In this document: piece by piece, positions 18,918-28,689 of the stretch
Layout of the letters: the number at the start of each line of letters is the position of its first letter
Numbering within the stretch: position 1 is the first letter of the stretch
Source of the DNA: Nitrososphaerota archaeon
GTDB taxonomy: Archaea > Thermoproteota > Nitrososphaeria > Nitrososphaerales > Nitrosopumilaceae
Assembly: GCA_032128215.1 (NCBI GenBank)
Contig: JAQBHA010000016.1
Coordinates: 1-58,783, forward strand
Direction of reading: 5' to 3'
Length of the DNA: 58,783 nucleotides
Program-made: the position numbers and the translations under genes
The notes under the pieces: generated by a model
What the model was told of the DNA's origin: nothing
The model's input: only the letters and a program-made list of their open reading frames with translations
Databases searched by the model: none

Positions 18918-20252
18918 CTAAAAATAATCTTTTAGAAAAATTTTATTCTGATCTGGAATTTTTGCAATCTCAAAGCCTTCCTTTCTTTTTGAAAGTGATT
19001 TAGTAGCATCAATTCCTAATTTTGCTGTTTTTAATTTTTTTTGATCACTTGATGGATCCAGACTAGAACCGCGAACATTTTTGAATATAAGCAAATCCCT
19101 ATCTGCCTGAAATCTTGTTGCTAATGCATACTCGACTGATACTGCATCATTAGGATCAATATCATCATCTACTATTGTAACCATTTTCAAAGAGCGATGT
19201 ATTTCAAATGTTTTTTTGATAATAAGTTTAACATCATTTTCTTTTCTTTTTTTAATCTGGACAACCGCATGTAGCCAATTGCAACCACCATTTGTCATAG
19301 AAACATGTTTTGTTTGTGGAAAAGATTTTTTTAAGTTTCGATTTAGTTTGGATTCAATTGGCATACCCATTAACAAACGATGTTCAGAATAACCAGAAAG
19401 TACATCATGAAAGATTGGATTATTTCTATAATACAGTGATTCTAACTCAAAGACTGGTTGTAAACGAGCAAAATCATAAGTTCGAAGCATTTCAACCATC
19501 CATTCCTTGTGAGTTTTGTTACGCAGTATTCTGCCTTCCATAACTATTTCGGCTCCAGATGGTACAAGCATTCCAGAGTATGGACATTCTGCCAAGCAAA
19601 GTTTTCCACCTAAAATGGAATTTGCAATATCAAGTTCATCTTTTCCCCAATCTGCCTGATATGCTCCTGCAATAGAAATAGCCGGGTGAACCCCAATAGT
19701 TATTGAGACTTTAAGATCCTTGTTTTGTTTTTTTGCATGCATAAATGCACGGTGAAGATCACGGCCTTCAACCATTCTTACTGAAAAGTGCTTATTGTCA
19801 AGTGGCAGCAATCTATGAAAAGATGAATTTTGAGTACCTTTTTCTGGATTTTTGGAATAAATTATTGATGAAGTGATAAATGGTCCAGGCTCTTTTTCAA
19901 AGTGAGAAACTATAGGTAAAATGGAGATATTTGAGGAATGATTCTCCATGAATTGACCTTTTGAAATTATCTTAGGTTTTTGGGGATGTTCGATGGCGCC
20001 AATTACCTTTTCATGAATGTTGAGTTCTTGCGAGCCTACTGCTTTGGCAAATCGTGCCCTTGTTCCAATTAGATTCGATACTAGTCTAAATTTTTTCCCA
20101 TTAATTTTCTCAAATAATAAAGCATGTGACCCATCTACTTTTGCTGTAATGGCAGCAATCTCATATTTTGTTGAAACTTTTCGTTTAATTGTTTTAAGAT
20201 CATCTGACTTTTTCAACAATCCTAAATAACTTCGCAAATCAGTCAAGCTCAT
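18918..20252 (-). CDS. UbiD-family (prFMN-dependent) decarboxylase
   Basis: 444 aa. The N-terminus 'LRSYLGLLKKSDDLKTIKRKVSTKYEIAAI' and overall length and layout are typical of UbiD homologues. Confidence 0.8.
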   Translation of the reverse strand: MSLTDLRSYLGLLKKSDDLKTIKRKVSTKYEIAAITAKVDGSHALLFEKINGKKFRLVSNLIGTRARFAKAVGSQELNIHEKVIGAIEHPQKPKIISKGQFMENHSSNISILPIVSHFEKEPGPFITSSIIYSKNPEKGTQNSSFHRLLPLDNKHFSVRMVEGRDLHRAFMHAKKQNKDLKVSITIGVHPAISIAGAYQADWGKDELDIANSILGGKLCLAECPYSGMLVPSGAEIVMEGRILRNKTHKEWMVEMLRTYDFARLQPVFELESLYYRNNPIFHDVLSGYSEHRLLMGMPIESKLNRNLKKSFPQTKHVSMTNGGCNWLHAVVQIKKRKENDVKLIIKKTFEIHRSLKMVTIVDDDIDPNDAVSVEYALATRFQADRDLLIFKNVRGSSLDPSSDQKKLKTAKLGIDATKSLSKRKEGFEIAKIPDQNKIFLKDYF

Positions 20253-20581
20253 ACCAACTCCATTATTTCACCCATCAATATCTTGGAACATTCGTTACCA
20301 AGCTCTCTTTCGGCATACAAAGAAACCACCCCTATTCCCTTTATTGAGGTAGAAATTTTTTCGGCAATTAATTTTAAAAAAAGGGAATCCGTTTTGGTGG
20401 GTATTACCGTGACAGAAGTAGCTGCAGGTCCAGTTCCAATTGAGACAACCATTGAACCAATTTTTTGACCATTTTCACTAACAGAAACAAAGGTTCCATT
20501 TTCGAAAGAAAGTATTTGAATTAAAAATTTACGGTCAACCACATCAAGAGTCTTTTTTGTATAACCTGGTGTAGTCATCAA
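20249..20581 (-). CDS. small hypothetical protein translationally coupled to the UbiD homologue
   Basis: 110 aa. A 4-nt overlap (20249-20252) links it to the downstream UbiD-family gene. Confidence 0.55.
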   Translation of the reverse strand: MMTTPGYTKKTLDVVDRKFLIQILSFENGTFVSVSENGQKIGSMVVSIGTGPAATSVTVIPTKTDSLFLKLIAEKISTSIKGIGVVSLYAERELGNECSKILMGEIMELV

Positions 20582-20597
20582 TAAGTTTCGATGAAAC

Positions 20598-20849
20598 TTA
20601 TGCCTTTATTGCTATCGCTTCTGCCATTTTTTCTATCTTAGTATCAGCTTCAACTCTTGCTCTAAGTTTTGCTTTATACTTGAGATTTCGTGGTTTGGTT
20701 CTTAGGCGGTATCCACAACATGGGCACCACAAACCTTCCCATTTAATGAAAATTTCACAGATTTGACATCGTCTCTGTCCAGAAGCATATCTTCCGGTCC
20801 CTACAGGCTTTTGAGCCTTATATCGAACACAAATTCCTTTACAAGTCAT
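20598..20849 (-). CDS. small zinc-ribbon protein
   Basis: 83 aa. Has 'CKGIC...CQICE...CPCCG' cysteine pairs and a basic C-terminal tail. Confidence 0.6.
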   Translation of the reverse strand: MTCKGICVRYKAQKPVGTGRYASGQRRCQICEIFIKWEGLWCPCCGYRLRTKPRNLKYKAKLRARVEADTKIEKMAEAIAIKA

Positions 20850-21107
20850 ATTTCATCAGTACCTAATCTAATTTAGTATAACATCCATAACTATTTAAGC
20901 ATGGATCGATAATTTCTATAAATTTTATATCCTTTTTTTGCAAAATTTTCAATGATTACTCTTTTATTAAAAATAGATTTCAGGTTTATGAGAAAAACTC
21001 TATAAATATTTATCGATAATTCTGAAAATCGTATTTTTTGTAATTTTTATAATAATTTTACTCATTTAATAAAAAGTTTCATAATCAATGAAAATTTTTA
21101 AAAAAAA

Positions 21108-21524
21108 TTATCCTGTTCTAGAGAGTGGTAAAATAAAATGCCTTAATCCTTCTCTTTGTGTAATGTATTTTGCAGACATCATGTCTCGCTTTCCTCGTTG
21201 ATTATGGTTCTTTACTTTAAGTGTAGTTCTTCTTTCGTCTACATATTCAAATTCAAAATTAGAACAAAATCTCAGGTTAAGTAATGTGATGATCTTTTTT
21301 GCAAGATTCATGTTTCCGTTACCAATTTTTACAATCTTTTTTTCAGCCTTCAGATCTGCTAGAATTTTAGTTACATGAATTACCAAATCTTCTATAGAAG
21401 TAAAAATCGACCTTTCAATTTCCTTTCCAAAGTAAAACACGGAAAGTCCAGTTCTTTGTCCTGGATCAATTCCAATCAGCAGATCATTTTTATCTAGTCC
21501 TCCTTCTAGTTTTTGAATTATCAA
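21108..21524 (-). CDS. RNase H-fold nuclease-like protein (RuvC/RuvX-YqgF-like); the true N-terminus is probably further upstream
   Basis: Has 'LIGIDPGQRTGLSV' (RuvC/YqgF 'GIDPG' motif) and 'VDERRTT' (YqgF 'DER.(S/T)T'). The first canonical start is TTG 21524, but the frame stays open up to 21785. Confidence 0.6.
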   Translation of the reverse strand: MIIQKLEGGLDKNDLLIGIDPGQRTGLSVFYFGKEIERSIFTSIEDLVIHVTKILADLKAEKKIVKIGNGNMNLAKKIITLLNLRFCSNFEFEYVDERRTTLKVKNHNQRGKRDMMSAKYITQREGLRHFILPLSRTG

Positions 21525-21791
21525 GCCTCGAATAACAGCCGGTACTTTATCTATGATTTCTTCGTTAAGTAGAGGTTTTTGAGAAAACTTAGGTGATTCT
21601 TTGAGAGTAGTTAGAATTAAGCTACCACTATAGCTGTTAATCTCCTCAGGAAGAAGAGAATCATATTGTAATTTTAGAGTTTTTAGAGCCTTGACAAATT
21701 TGTAATAGGGTCTCCCATAGGTTGTAGCAATTCCAATCCGAGTTTGGTTTAATTGGTAGATGTTTTTGCTTTGCCTATGTAAAATTTAGGT

Positions 21792-22184
21792 TTATGCCTT
21801 TAGAACTGTTGACACTACATGGTCAACTGCTTCATTAAACTTGGTATCGATTTTATCCTGAACGTCTTTTAAGTTCAGATCCCCCGCTGCCAAAATTCTT
21901 TGAGATTCAGATTTAGCCTTTTCACTGGCATCCGAAATGATAGATTCAGCCTCTTTGGTAGCCATTTGAATAACCTGTTCTAGTAATCTGTCAATTTCCT
22001 TTTGGGCTTTTTGATTTAGCTGTTTTTTCATATCTCCGAGAGTTTCGTTAAGAGAATCAATATCAGATTCTAAACCAGAGAGTGCCACAATAATTTTATC
22101 AACAGTACCTGGTGAAACAGAGGTGGATAGAATCTCTTTTGTTATTGTCTTTGGGGCTTTTTTTTTTGAACCCTTGAGTTTCAA
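21792..22184 (-). CDS. coiled-coil hypothetical protein
   Basis: 130 aa, basic at the N-terminus with long heptad-like helices ('KEAESIISDASEKAKSESQRILA'). No secure family assignment. Confidence 0.5.
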   Translation of the reverse strand: MKLKGSKKKAPKTITKEILSTSVSPGTVDKIIVALSGLESDIDSLNETLGDMKKQLNQKAQKEIDRLLEQVIQMATKEAESIISDASEKAKSESQRILAAGDLNLKDVQDKIDTKFNEAVDHVVSTVLKA

Positions 22185-22222
22185 GTTAAATCAAGATCTC
22201 CAAAATCCATTAATTAAATCCT

Positions 22223-22564
22223 TCATTTAGTTGTAAGAAGTAATATGGCTCTTGCAAGATCTCCCTTTGCCTCAGTTAACGCACTAATTGCTTGTTCCTC
22301 ACCCACACTCGCCTGTTGACAAACTAATTGAATATCTTCGTCGCTAAATATTGGAACCTCTCTTTCCTTTTCCTCATAGCTTTCTGCGACTACCTGAAAA
22401 ATAGAATTATCCTTTGCTTTCATTTCAGTTACAGAGGGTTTGGAAATTATAATCTCTTTTTTGTCGGTTTTAATAATGACCTCTTGAACGTTTGGGATTT
22501 CGGCCATATCAAGACCCATCTTATCCATCATCCTTCGCATTTCGCGATTACCTCCACGCATCAT
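22223..22564 (-). CDS. nac: nascent polypeptide-associated complex protein (NAC, archaeal alpha-type)
   Basis: 113 aa. Has the NAC domain 'VQEVIIKTDKKEIIISKPSVTEMK' and a C-terminal UBA-like 'EEQAISALTEAKGDLARAILLL'. Confidence 0.9.
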   Translation of the reverse strand: MMRGGNREMRRMMDKMGLDMAEIPNVQEVIIKTDKKEIIISKPSVTEMKAKDNSIFQVVAESYEEKEREVPIFSDEDIQLVCQQASVGEEQAISALTEAKGDLARAILLLTTK

Positions 22565-23037
22565 AATGAACGATCTCCTTTATTCTGACTTTTTAAACTA
22601 TCCCTAATTTTTATTGCCACACCTCTATTTTGAGATTGAATCATTTCTGACGAAAGAACTGCTCTACCTACAGCTATTACATTTTTTTTGAATAAAACTG
22701 GAACGTCTGATGAGATTTGTATGTTTTTTCCACACCATACCACGTGATTGCAAAAAACTGACCGTCCATCTTCGACAAAAGGCTTAGAGTCTATATCTAT
22801 CTCAAGACAATTTTCTTTGAATTTTTTACTTTTGAGTAACATTTGAGCAAATAGAGGAGTAATAGCCAGACCACCATCAATTCGTAATGTACAAAGGAGA
22901 TTTCCATCATAAAAGACACTTCGAATTCTTCCGTTTTTCTTAGAATAGCTAATCTCAATTTTTTTTGGTAAGAATTTTGAAACTCCGTTTCCAAATAAGG
23001 CATCTATTGTGTGATGTAGTTTTTCTACCGAGTCCAT
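22561..23037 (-). CDS. PUA domain-containing protein
   Basis: 158 aa. The C-terminal 'FVEDGRSVFCNHVV...VIAVGRAVLSSEMI...GVAIKIR' follows the PUA pattern. A 4-nt overlap links it to nac. Confidence 0.65.
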   Translation of the reverse strand: MDSVEKLHHTIDALFGNGVSKFLPKKIEISYSKKNGRIRSVFYDGNLLCTLRIDGGLAITPLFAQMLLKSKKFKENCLEIDIDSKPFVEDGRSVFCNHVVWCGKNIQISSDVPVLFKKNVIAVGRAVLSSEMIQSQNRGVAIKIRDSLKSQNKGDRSL

Positions 23038-23129
23038 ATTAATTCAAAGATGATATTCTAAATATTTGTTAATACTTGGACTATATTTTATATCGATATC
23101 TATATAGAATGCTCAAAAAAATATAGATT

Positions 23130-24179
23130 ATGGAAGACAGGAACGATACAAGAAAAATTCAATTCACTGGAAAATCATCCTATATTGTATCACTACCAAA
23201 ACAATGGATATTGGATCATGGTCTAAAACAAGGGGATCCCATTAATGTGGTTAGACAAAGCTCTTCAATTTTACAAATTTCTCCAACGCAATTTAATACG
23301 AGAACTTTTCAAATCGAATTTGCAACTTTTGAGGTAGAACCAGAAGATGATGATATATCAATAATTAGGAGATTAATTTCACTCTACTTTCTTGGATTTA
23401 AAACAATTAACGTCATACCTAAAACTGGCAGATTTAAACCAGCACAAAGAACTGCTGTAAAAGATGCGGTAAAAAAAATGTTAATGGGAACAGAGATTAT
23501 TTCTGATTCTACAGAAGGCATTACAATTCAGGTACTAGTAAATTTACTAGAGCTTTCAGTAAATGGTGCTTTCAAAAGAATGATGCATCTTGCCAAATCA
23601 ATGCTTGGGGATGCTTTACTTGCAGTAAAAGAATCAAATTTTGAACTGGCTAAAGAAGTAATTAATGCTGATGATGAAGTTGACAGATTTGGTTTTTACA
23701 TTATTCGGCAGCTAAAAATTGCTATTCAAAATGAGTACATGTTAAAAGAGATGGGATTTAAAAATATGAGGGATTGTTTGGATTTCAGATTAGTTGTTAA
23801 AAATATTGAAAGGACGGGGGATCATGCAGTAATTATTGCACGAGATTTGCTAGAATTTAAAAAACCAATTAAAAAAGAGATTCTATCTAAAATTCAAGAA
23901 ATGAATGACTTTACACTATCATTTTTAGATGATGCATGTCTTGCTCTCTTTAAGGAAGATTTTATCCAGGCAGAAAAAATCATACAAAAATCAACAGAAA
24001 TTACTAAATATGAAAAAAAGGTTCTTGATGCCACTAAATTACTAAAGGATGATGAAGAAATTTTCATAGTAAGAAGAATGATTGAAAATATTCGAAGAAT
24101 TGCAGAATATGCCACTGATATTTCTGAAATAGTTCTTAACATGAATGTAGAAAAAATTCTTCAAAAACCAAAAATATGA
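23130..24179 (+). CDS. PhoU-domain regulator with an N-terminal AbrB/SpoVT-like DNA-binding domain
   Basis: 349 aa. Has 'KSSYIVSLPKQWILDHGLKQGD' (AbrB-like swapped hairpin) followed by two PhoU-like helical repeats ('ERTGDHAVIIA', 'RIAEYATDISE'). Confidence 0.8.
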   Translation: MEDRNDTRKIQFTGKSSYIVSLPKQWILDHGLKQGDPINVVRQSSSILQISPTQFNTRTFQIEFATFEVEPEDDDISIIRRLISLYFLGFKTINVIPKTGRFKPAQRTAVKDAVKKMLMGTEIISDSTEGITIQVLVNLLELSVNGAFKRMMHLAKSMLGDALLAVKESNFELAKEVINADDEVDRFGFYIIRQLKIAIQNEYMLKEMGFKNMRDCLDFRLVVKNIERTGDHAVIIARDLLEFKKPIKKEILSKIQEMNDFTLSFLDDACLALFKEDFIQAEKIIQKSTEITKYEKKVLDATKLLKDDEEIFIVRRMIENIRRIAEYATDISEIVLNMNVEKILQKPKI

Positions 24180-24193
24180 ATTGGTGATAGAAA

Positions 24194-25294
24194 ATGAAAA
24201 GTGCTATATTAATTACCTATGACATAAATGATTCAGTAAATGAAGCATTAGCACTCTGTGATACTGCAAATTACACAGTTTCCAAGATAATTAAGGAAGA
24301 TTATTTGTTAAGAGCAAATTTTGGAATTGGTGAAGGAAAAGTTGATGAGATACAGGAGTTAATTAAAAAATTAAAGCCAGATGTAATTATTTATGATGAA
24401 ATTCTAAAGCCAAGACAAAACTACAATTTGGCATCTAAATTAAAAATTCCTATTATTGACAGAGAGGCATTGATTTTGGAGATCTTCGTGAATCATGCGG
24501 TAAGTTCTGAATCTAAACTTCAAATAAAGTTGGCACAACTTCGTTACGAAATGTCAAGAGCAAGAGAATCGGTGCGTCTAGCTAAACAGGGAGAGCAACC
24601 AGGATTTTTTGGTATAGGAAAATTTGAAGTTGATGTATATTATAACGACATTAAACATAGAATAGAAAATATAAAATCAAAGCTAAAAAAAGCTGGAAAA
24701 CAACGTGCACTTCACAGACAGTCAAGAACTAGACTTGGTTTTAAAACAATTTCATTAGCAGGATATACCTCAGCAGGAAAGACAACGTTGTTTAATCTGT
24801 TAACAGGTGAAGATCGTAAAAAGGGAAAGGAACTTTTTACAACTCTCTCAACTACGACACGGAGGCTGAACATAAACAAAACACCTGTATTAATTTCAGA
24901 TACTGTGGGATTTATCAGTAGACTTCCTGCCTACATGATTGAGGCGTTTAAATCAACTCTCGAAGAGCTTCTTTACACAGATATTGTAATAGTTGTTGTT
25001 GATGCTAGTGATCTCCAAACAGAATTAAAAAAGAAATTTCAAAGTTGCACAAAAACTCTTAATGAGTTAGGTGTTGAACCAGATAAGATGATTTTTGCTT
25101 TGAACAAATCTGATCTCATTAAACCAGATAAGATTATAGAAAATACAAAATATCTGAAACTAGATGAAACTAACAAATGGATTCCCATTTCAGCCGTAAC
25201 CGGAAAAAATATTTCAGAATTAAAGGATCTAATTGGAAGGATGTTAGAATTAGAGAAATTTGAAAGGATAAAAAACCCATCAAGGCAGAGCTAG
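24194..25294 (+). CDS. hflX: GTPase HflX
   Basis: 366 aa. Has an HflX N-terminal domain, the G1 motif '[12 protein letters not shown]', 'DTVGF' and 'NKSD'. Confidence 0.9.
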   Translation: MKSAILITYDINDSVNEALALCDTANYTVSKIIKEDYLLRANFGIGEGKVDEIQELIKKLKPDVIIYDEILKPRQNYNLASKLKIPIIDREALILEIFVNHAVSSESKLQIKLAQLRYEMSRARESVRLAKQGEQPGFFGIGKFEVDVYYNDIKHRIENIKSKLKKAGKQRALHRQSRTRLGFKTISLAGYTSAGKTTLFNLLTGEDRKKGKELFTTLSTTTRRLNINKTPVLISDTVGFISRLPAYMIEAFKSTLEELLYTDIVIVVVDASDLQTELKKKFQSCTKTLNELGVEPDKMIFALNKSDLIKPDKIIENTKYLKLDETNKWIPISAVTGKNISELKDLIGRMLELEKFERIKNPSRQS

Positions 25295-25303
25295 ACTGAA
25301 TTT

Positions 25304-25840
25304 ATGAATTTTGAAGTGCTACGAATTGGGCAGAGGGTGGTAAGAGATGACCGTGTAACAACACATGTAGCCCTAGTTGCACGTGCATTTGGTGCTTCAA
25401 AAATATACATGAATGAAGTAAATCTGGAAATTAAAGATACTCTAAACAAAATTAATCAGACTTGGGGAGGAAATTTTGAAATAAAGTTCATCTCTGATTG
25501 GAAAAAGATAATCAAAGAAAAAAAAACAAATTCTGTAAAAATTGTTCACTTGACTATGTATGGAGAAAATATAAACAAACTAGCTAGCTCTTTACAAAAA
25601 GAGGAAAACATTCTCATTGTTGTAGGTGCAGAAAAAGTTCCCCGTGAAATTTACGATTTTGCAGATTATAATGTAGCAATAGGAAATCAACCACATTCTG
25701 AAATTAGTGCACTAGCAGTTTTGTTAGATAGAATTCAGGGGGGTAATCAGTTTTTGATAAAATTTGAAAATTCAGTAAGAGAAATAATCCCAACAAAACG
25801 AGGAAAAAATGTTATCATGAAGGAAACAATGGATAAATAA
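25304..25840 (+). CDS. trm56: tRNA (cytidine56-2'-O)-methyltransferase (aTrm56, SPOUT)
   Basis: 178 aa. Reads 'LRIGQRVVRDDRVTTHVALVARAFGA', with the typical Trm56 length. Confidence 0.8.
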   Translation: MNFEVLRIGQRVVRDDRVTTHVALVARAFGASKIYMNEVNLEIKDTLNKINQTWGGNFEIKFISDWKKIIKEKKTNSVKIVHLTMYGENINKLASSLQKEENILIVVGAEKVPREIYDFADYNVAIGNQPHSEISALAVLLDRIQGGNQFLIKFENSVREIIPTKRGKNVIMKETMDK

Positions 25841-25865
25841 TGGAATACAAGGGATGTAATGAGCC

Positions 25866-26375
25866 TTGATTGACAAATATGAAGATCCATTTGTGCGGAT
25901 TTCGACAATGATAGGTGGAGATGAATATCTCAAAGTAGCAAGATCCCTTTTAAAATCAGAGGATGCAACAGATGAAGAAATTGCAAGCTCCACTGGATTA
26001 CGAATCAACATGGTGAGAAAAGTACTTTATGATCTTTTTGGGAAGGCATTGATTACTGGAATTAGAGTTAAAGATGAAAAGAAGGGATGGTTTGTGTACC
26101 GATGGCGTTCAAGGAGAGATGAAGTAGAAAATTTTATTGAGGGTCAAAAAAAGAAAATATCTGAAAGACTACAACAAAGATCAGATTATGAAAATTCTTC
26201 AGATTTTTATCATTGTGGAAATAATGATTGTTCAAGAGTTACCTTTGAAAATGCTTTAGAGTTATTTTTCAAATGTCCCTCATGTGGTCTTGTATTAAAC
26301 ATAAAGAAAAATGATAAATCAAAAAAGGCATTTGCTTTTAAAATTGATCATATTAGAAAAGATATGAGACAATAA
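25866..26375 (+). CDS. tfe: transcription factor E (TFE/TFIIE-alpha homologue)
   Basis: 169 aa with a TTG start. Has the winged helix 'ATDEEIASSTGLRINMVRKVLYDL' and the zinc ribbon 'HCGNNDC...CPSCG'. Confidence 0.8.
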   Translation: MIDKYEDPFVRISTMIGGDEYLKVARSLLKSEDATDEEIASSTGLRINMVRKVLYDLFGKALITGIRVKDEKKGWFVYRWRSRRDEVENFIEGQKKKISERLQQRSDYENSSDFYHCGNNDCSRVTFENALELFFKCPSCGLVLNIKKNDKSKKAFAFKIDHIRKDMRQ

Positions 26376-26586
26376 ATCAAATTTCGTTTATTTTCATTTA
26401 TTATCTTGGTTATTTTGGCATTATCTTTTATTTTTTAAATTTTGTGTAATCTGAATTTATTATGTCTAAAAATAATTTCTCAATTAACTGAATTGCTGTT
26501 CAATTGAACGCACAAAATGTCAATAAGCCCATAAAGATAAAACTAAAAACATGATTAATAATTTAGCAATTTCTAAAATGGAATAG

Positions 26587-26856
26587 ATGAGGTTTACTTT
26601 GGCAGGCGTCTATACAAAAGAGGAAGAATTAGAAGATATGCTACAAAACGGAGAGCTAGAAAGTGAAGAAGCGATAATGAATGATAAAGAAAGGTTTGGA
26701 AGAGTCAGAACAAGTCTTATGAAACAATTGAGAACAAAATATGGAGACGATATTGCAAATAGAGCACTTTATAGAATTAACAAACGAATCTCGGAAGGAT
26801 CTTTAATGATAAAGGCGAATCTTAGTATCATTCATAATCCCAAAACAGAAATTTAA
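26587..26856 (+). CDS. hypothetical protein
   Basis: 89-aa ORF, charged and helical, with no motif recognised. Confidence 0.4.
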   Translation: MRFTLAGVYTKEEELEDMLQNGELESEEAIMNDKERFGRVRTSLMKQLRTKYGDDIANRALYRINKRISEGSLMIKANLSIIHNPKTEI

Positions 26857-26897
26857 CCTACTAAAAGTACTATATTATTGATGGTAGAAATTAGACT

Positions 26898-27050
26898 ATG
26901 ATGACAGAGCCTCCGAAATCAGAAGGGTCGGAAGAAATTTGTCCGATTTGCAACAAGCCTAAAAGAAGCCATACCCCAGAAGAAGTATTGATATGTTCAA
27001 AAAAAATTAGAGAGTTTCACGAGGCCAAAGAAGATGAGTCTGGAAATTAA
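26898..27050 (+). CDS. small CxxC hypothetical protein (50 aa, below the ORF-track cutoff)
   Basis: My own translation is MMTEPPKSEGSEEICPICNKPKRSHTPEEVLICSKKIREFHEAKEDESGN*. It fills an otherwise empty gap. Confidence 0.3.
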   Translation: MMTEPPKSEGSEEICPICNKPKRSHTPEEVLICSKKIREFHEAKEDESGN

Positions 27051-28019
27051 TTAACCATCGGGGTTAAGATACCAAAAAATATTTTTATTTTCAGTTGAAT
27101 TATTGCCCCATCTCAATTTACCATCTTGATCAAAATAATTTTGGGTAGATTCGTCAGCAAGTCCATATTTAATATTTAATTCAGAATTATAAGCAACTAC
27201 TTCTTGCTTAGTTATAGCCGCCCTTTTTTGGAAAATTTTCGTAGCATTTATACTGGTTTCCCCATTTTCTAATGCAGTTTGTTTAGCTGCAGATGCTTCA
27301 TTATGTTGGTTTTCTGTTAAGTTGAACTGACCCCAAAAGATGACTTGAATGGTTTCATCAATACTTTGAACAAATCTATCAAAAGCAAGTCTAGGTGTAT
27401 AAAATTTGGATTCGTTTTCAAAACTTAATAGATCTTCTTGGAGCATATTTTGTGAAATTTTTCTTTGTTCATCTATGATATTTTTACGATTCTCTATTTC
27501 TAGCTGTTTTTTTTCTGCTTCTTCTTGTTGTATTTTCATTTTCGCCATATGTTGAAGAATGATTTCTGAAAGTGGATTTTTGGTTAATCCTTCTTCAGTA
27601 AATAATTGGAATTGATCAATTACAGTTAAATCAGATTTTGGAATTATTGAAGGAATGCCATTAACTAAATAGGATGTGCTGATTACATTCATTCCATATC
27701 CTTCCTTAGTTGATATAACATTCACAGTATAATCGCCAGGTTGGGCCGCAGTTTTTAGTTCTATATAGAAAGAGCCTACATTATTTGTAGTGGAAGTTAT
27801 AATTTCTGTTGCAAATGAAATTTTTACTTGGACTCCTGAGATGGGATTACCTCCTTGGTCTTTTACATTACCTACAATTATTGGAAAATCGCCATCTTCA
27901 AGGGGATTATTTAGTGGCCAAGCGGTGGTAACTAAGTCTCCTGATGTTGAATAAGCAAACGATGCTATAGTAGAAAGCATTACTAGTGATAGAATTAGAG
28001 TATAGCCTATCTTTCTCAT
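27051..28019 (-). CDS. secreted protein with a carboxypeptidase-regulatory-like (Ig/transthyretin-like) domain and a coiled-coil
   Basis: 322 aa with a signal peptide. The segment 'GNVKDQGGNPISGVQVKISF...VGSFYIEL...PGDYTVNV' fits the CarboxypepD_reg pattern. Confidence 0.55.
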   Translation of the reverse strand: MRKIGYTLILSLVMLSTIASFAYSTSGDLVTTAWPLNNPLEDGDFPIIVGNVKDQGGNPISGVQVKISFATEIITSTTNNVGSFYIELKTAAQPGDYTVNVISTKEGYGMNVISTSYLVNGIPSIIPKSDLTVIDQFQLFTEEGLTKNPLSEIILQHMAKMKIQQEEAEKKQLEIENRKNIIDEQRKISQNMLQEDLLSFENESKFYTPRLAFDRFVQSIDETIQVIFWGQFNLTENQHNEASAAKQTALENGETSINATKIFQKRAAITKQEVVAYNSELNIKYGLADESTQNYFDQDGKLRWGNNSTENKNIFWYLNPDG

Positions 28020-28299
28020 ACCAATATCTTTTGAATTTCAAGATTAAGCCCCTAGATGATGTGTTTTTATCAGCAGATGAAATTTTTTTGAGTGAGATTT
28101 CCTAACCACATAATTCAGTAGTAAGATTAATTAATTTCTCAAAAATTGGAGGTAATTTTCAAAAAAAAGAATTATGCTCTTCTCAATTTTTCTTTTACAA
28201 ATCTGCAAATTTCAATCTATGGTTTAATGAAACATGTAGTCTAGATCAATTAATCTGGACGCAATAATACATATCAACAAGTCTAGATTATCTAATACA

Positions 28300-28689
28300 G
28301 TGAATACAGAAATTCGGTCATTATGGAGTTTGCCATCTGATAGATTTGAGTATGTTTTTGAAAGAATTAGAAATCAAATTGGCAAATTAGCCACAAATCT
28401 TGTTTCTAGTTCTACTCCTATGACAAATACCGACAAAATAGGATTGATCATTACAATAATTGCTTTCAGTATTGTAATTACTCCTATTGCGTTAAGTGAT
28501 TCTGATCCATACCATCTAAAATGGATATTTGAAGAGATAAGGGGCCAGGTGCCATTAATAGAAAACTCTTTTGGGAATCAAGGTAGTAGTCAATACACTG
28601 TAATTATCCATCTGAAATCTTCACCTGAATTTCATTTAGATGCAACAGAGAAAGTTATTTTAGGAAAATTTAGGTCTATAACAAATTAA
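28300..28689 (+). CDS. hypothetical membrane protein
   Basis: 129-aa ORF with a GTG start and one predicted TM helix ('IGLIITIIAFSIVITPIAL'). Confidence 0.35.
   Translation: MNTEIRSLWSLPSDRFEYVFERIRNQIGKLATNLVSSSTPMTNTDKIGLIITIIAFSIVITPIALSDSDPYHLKWIFEEIRGQVPLIENSFGNQGSSQYTVIIHLKSSPEFHLDATEKVILGKFRSITN

Noticed and set aside
20895-21030. Two copies of ATCGATAATT(T)CT in the AT-rich 20850-21107 intergenic region
   Set aside because: It is a short, imperfect, AT-rich repeat in a promoter-rich gap. It is plausibly chance or generic promoter composition, and there is no further structure.
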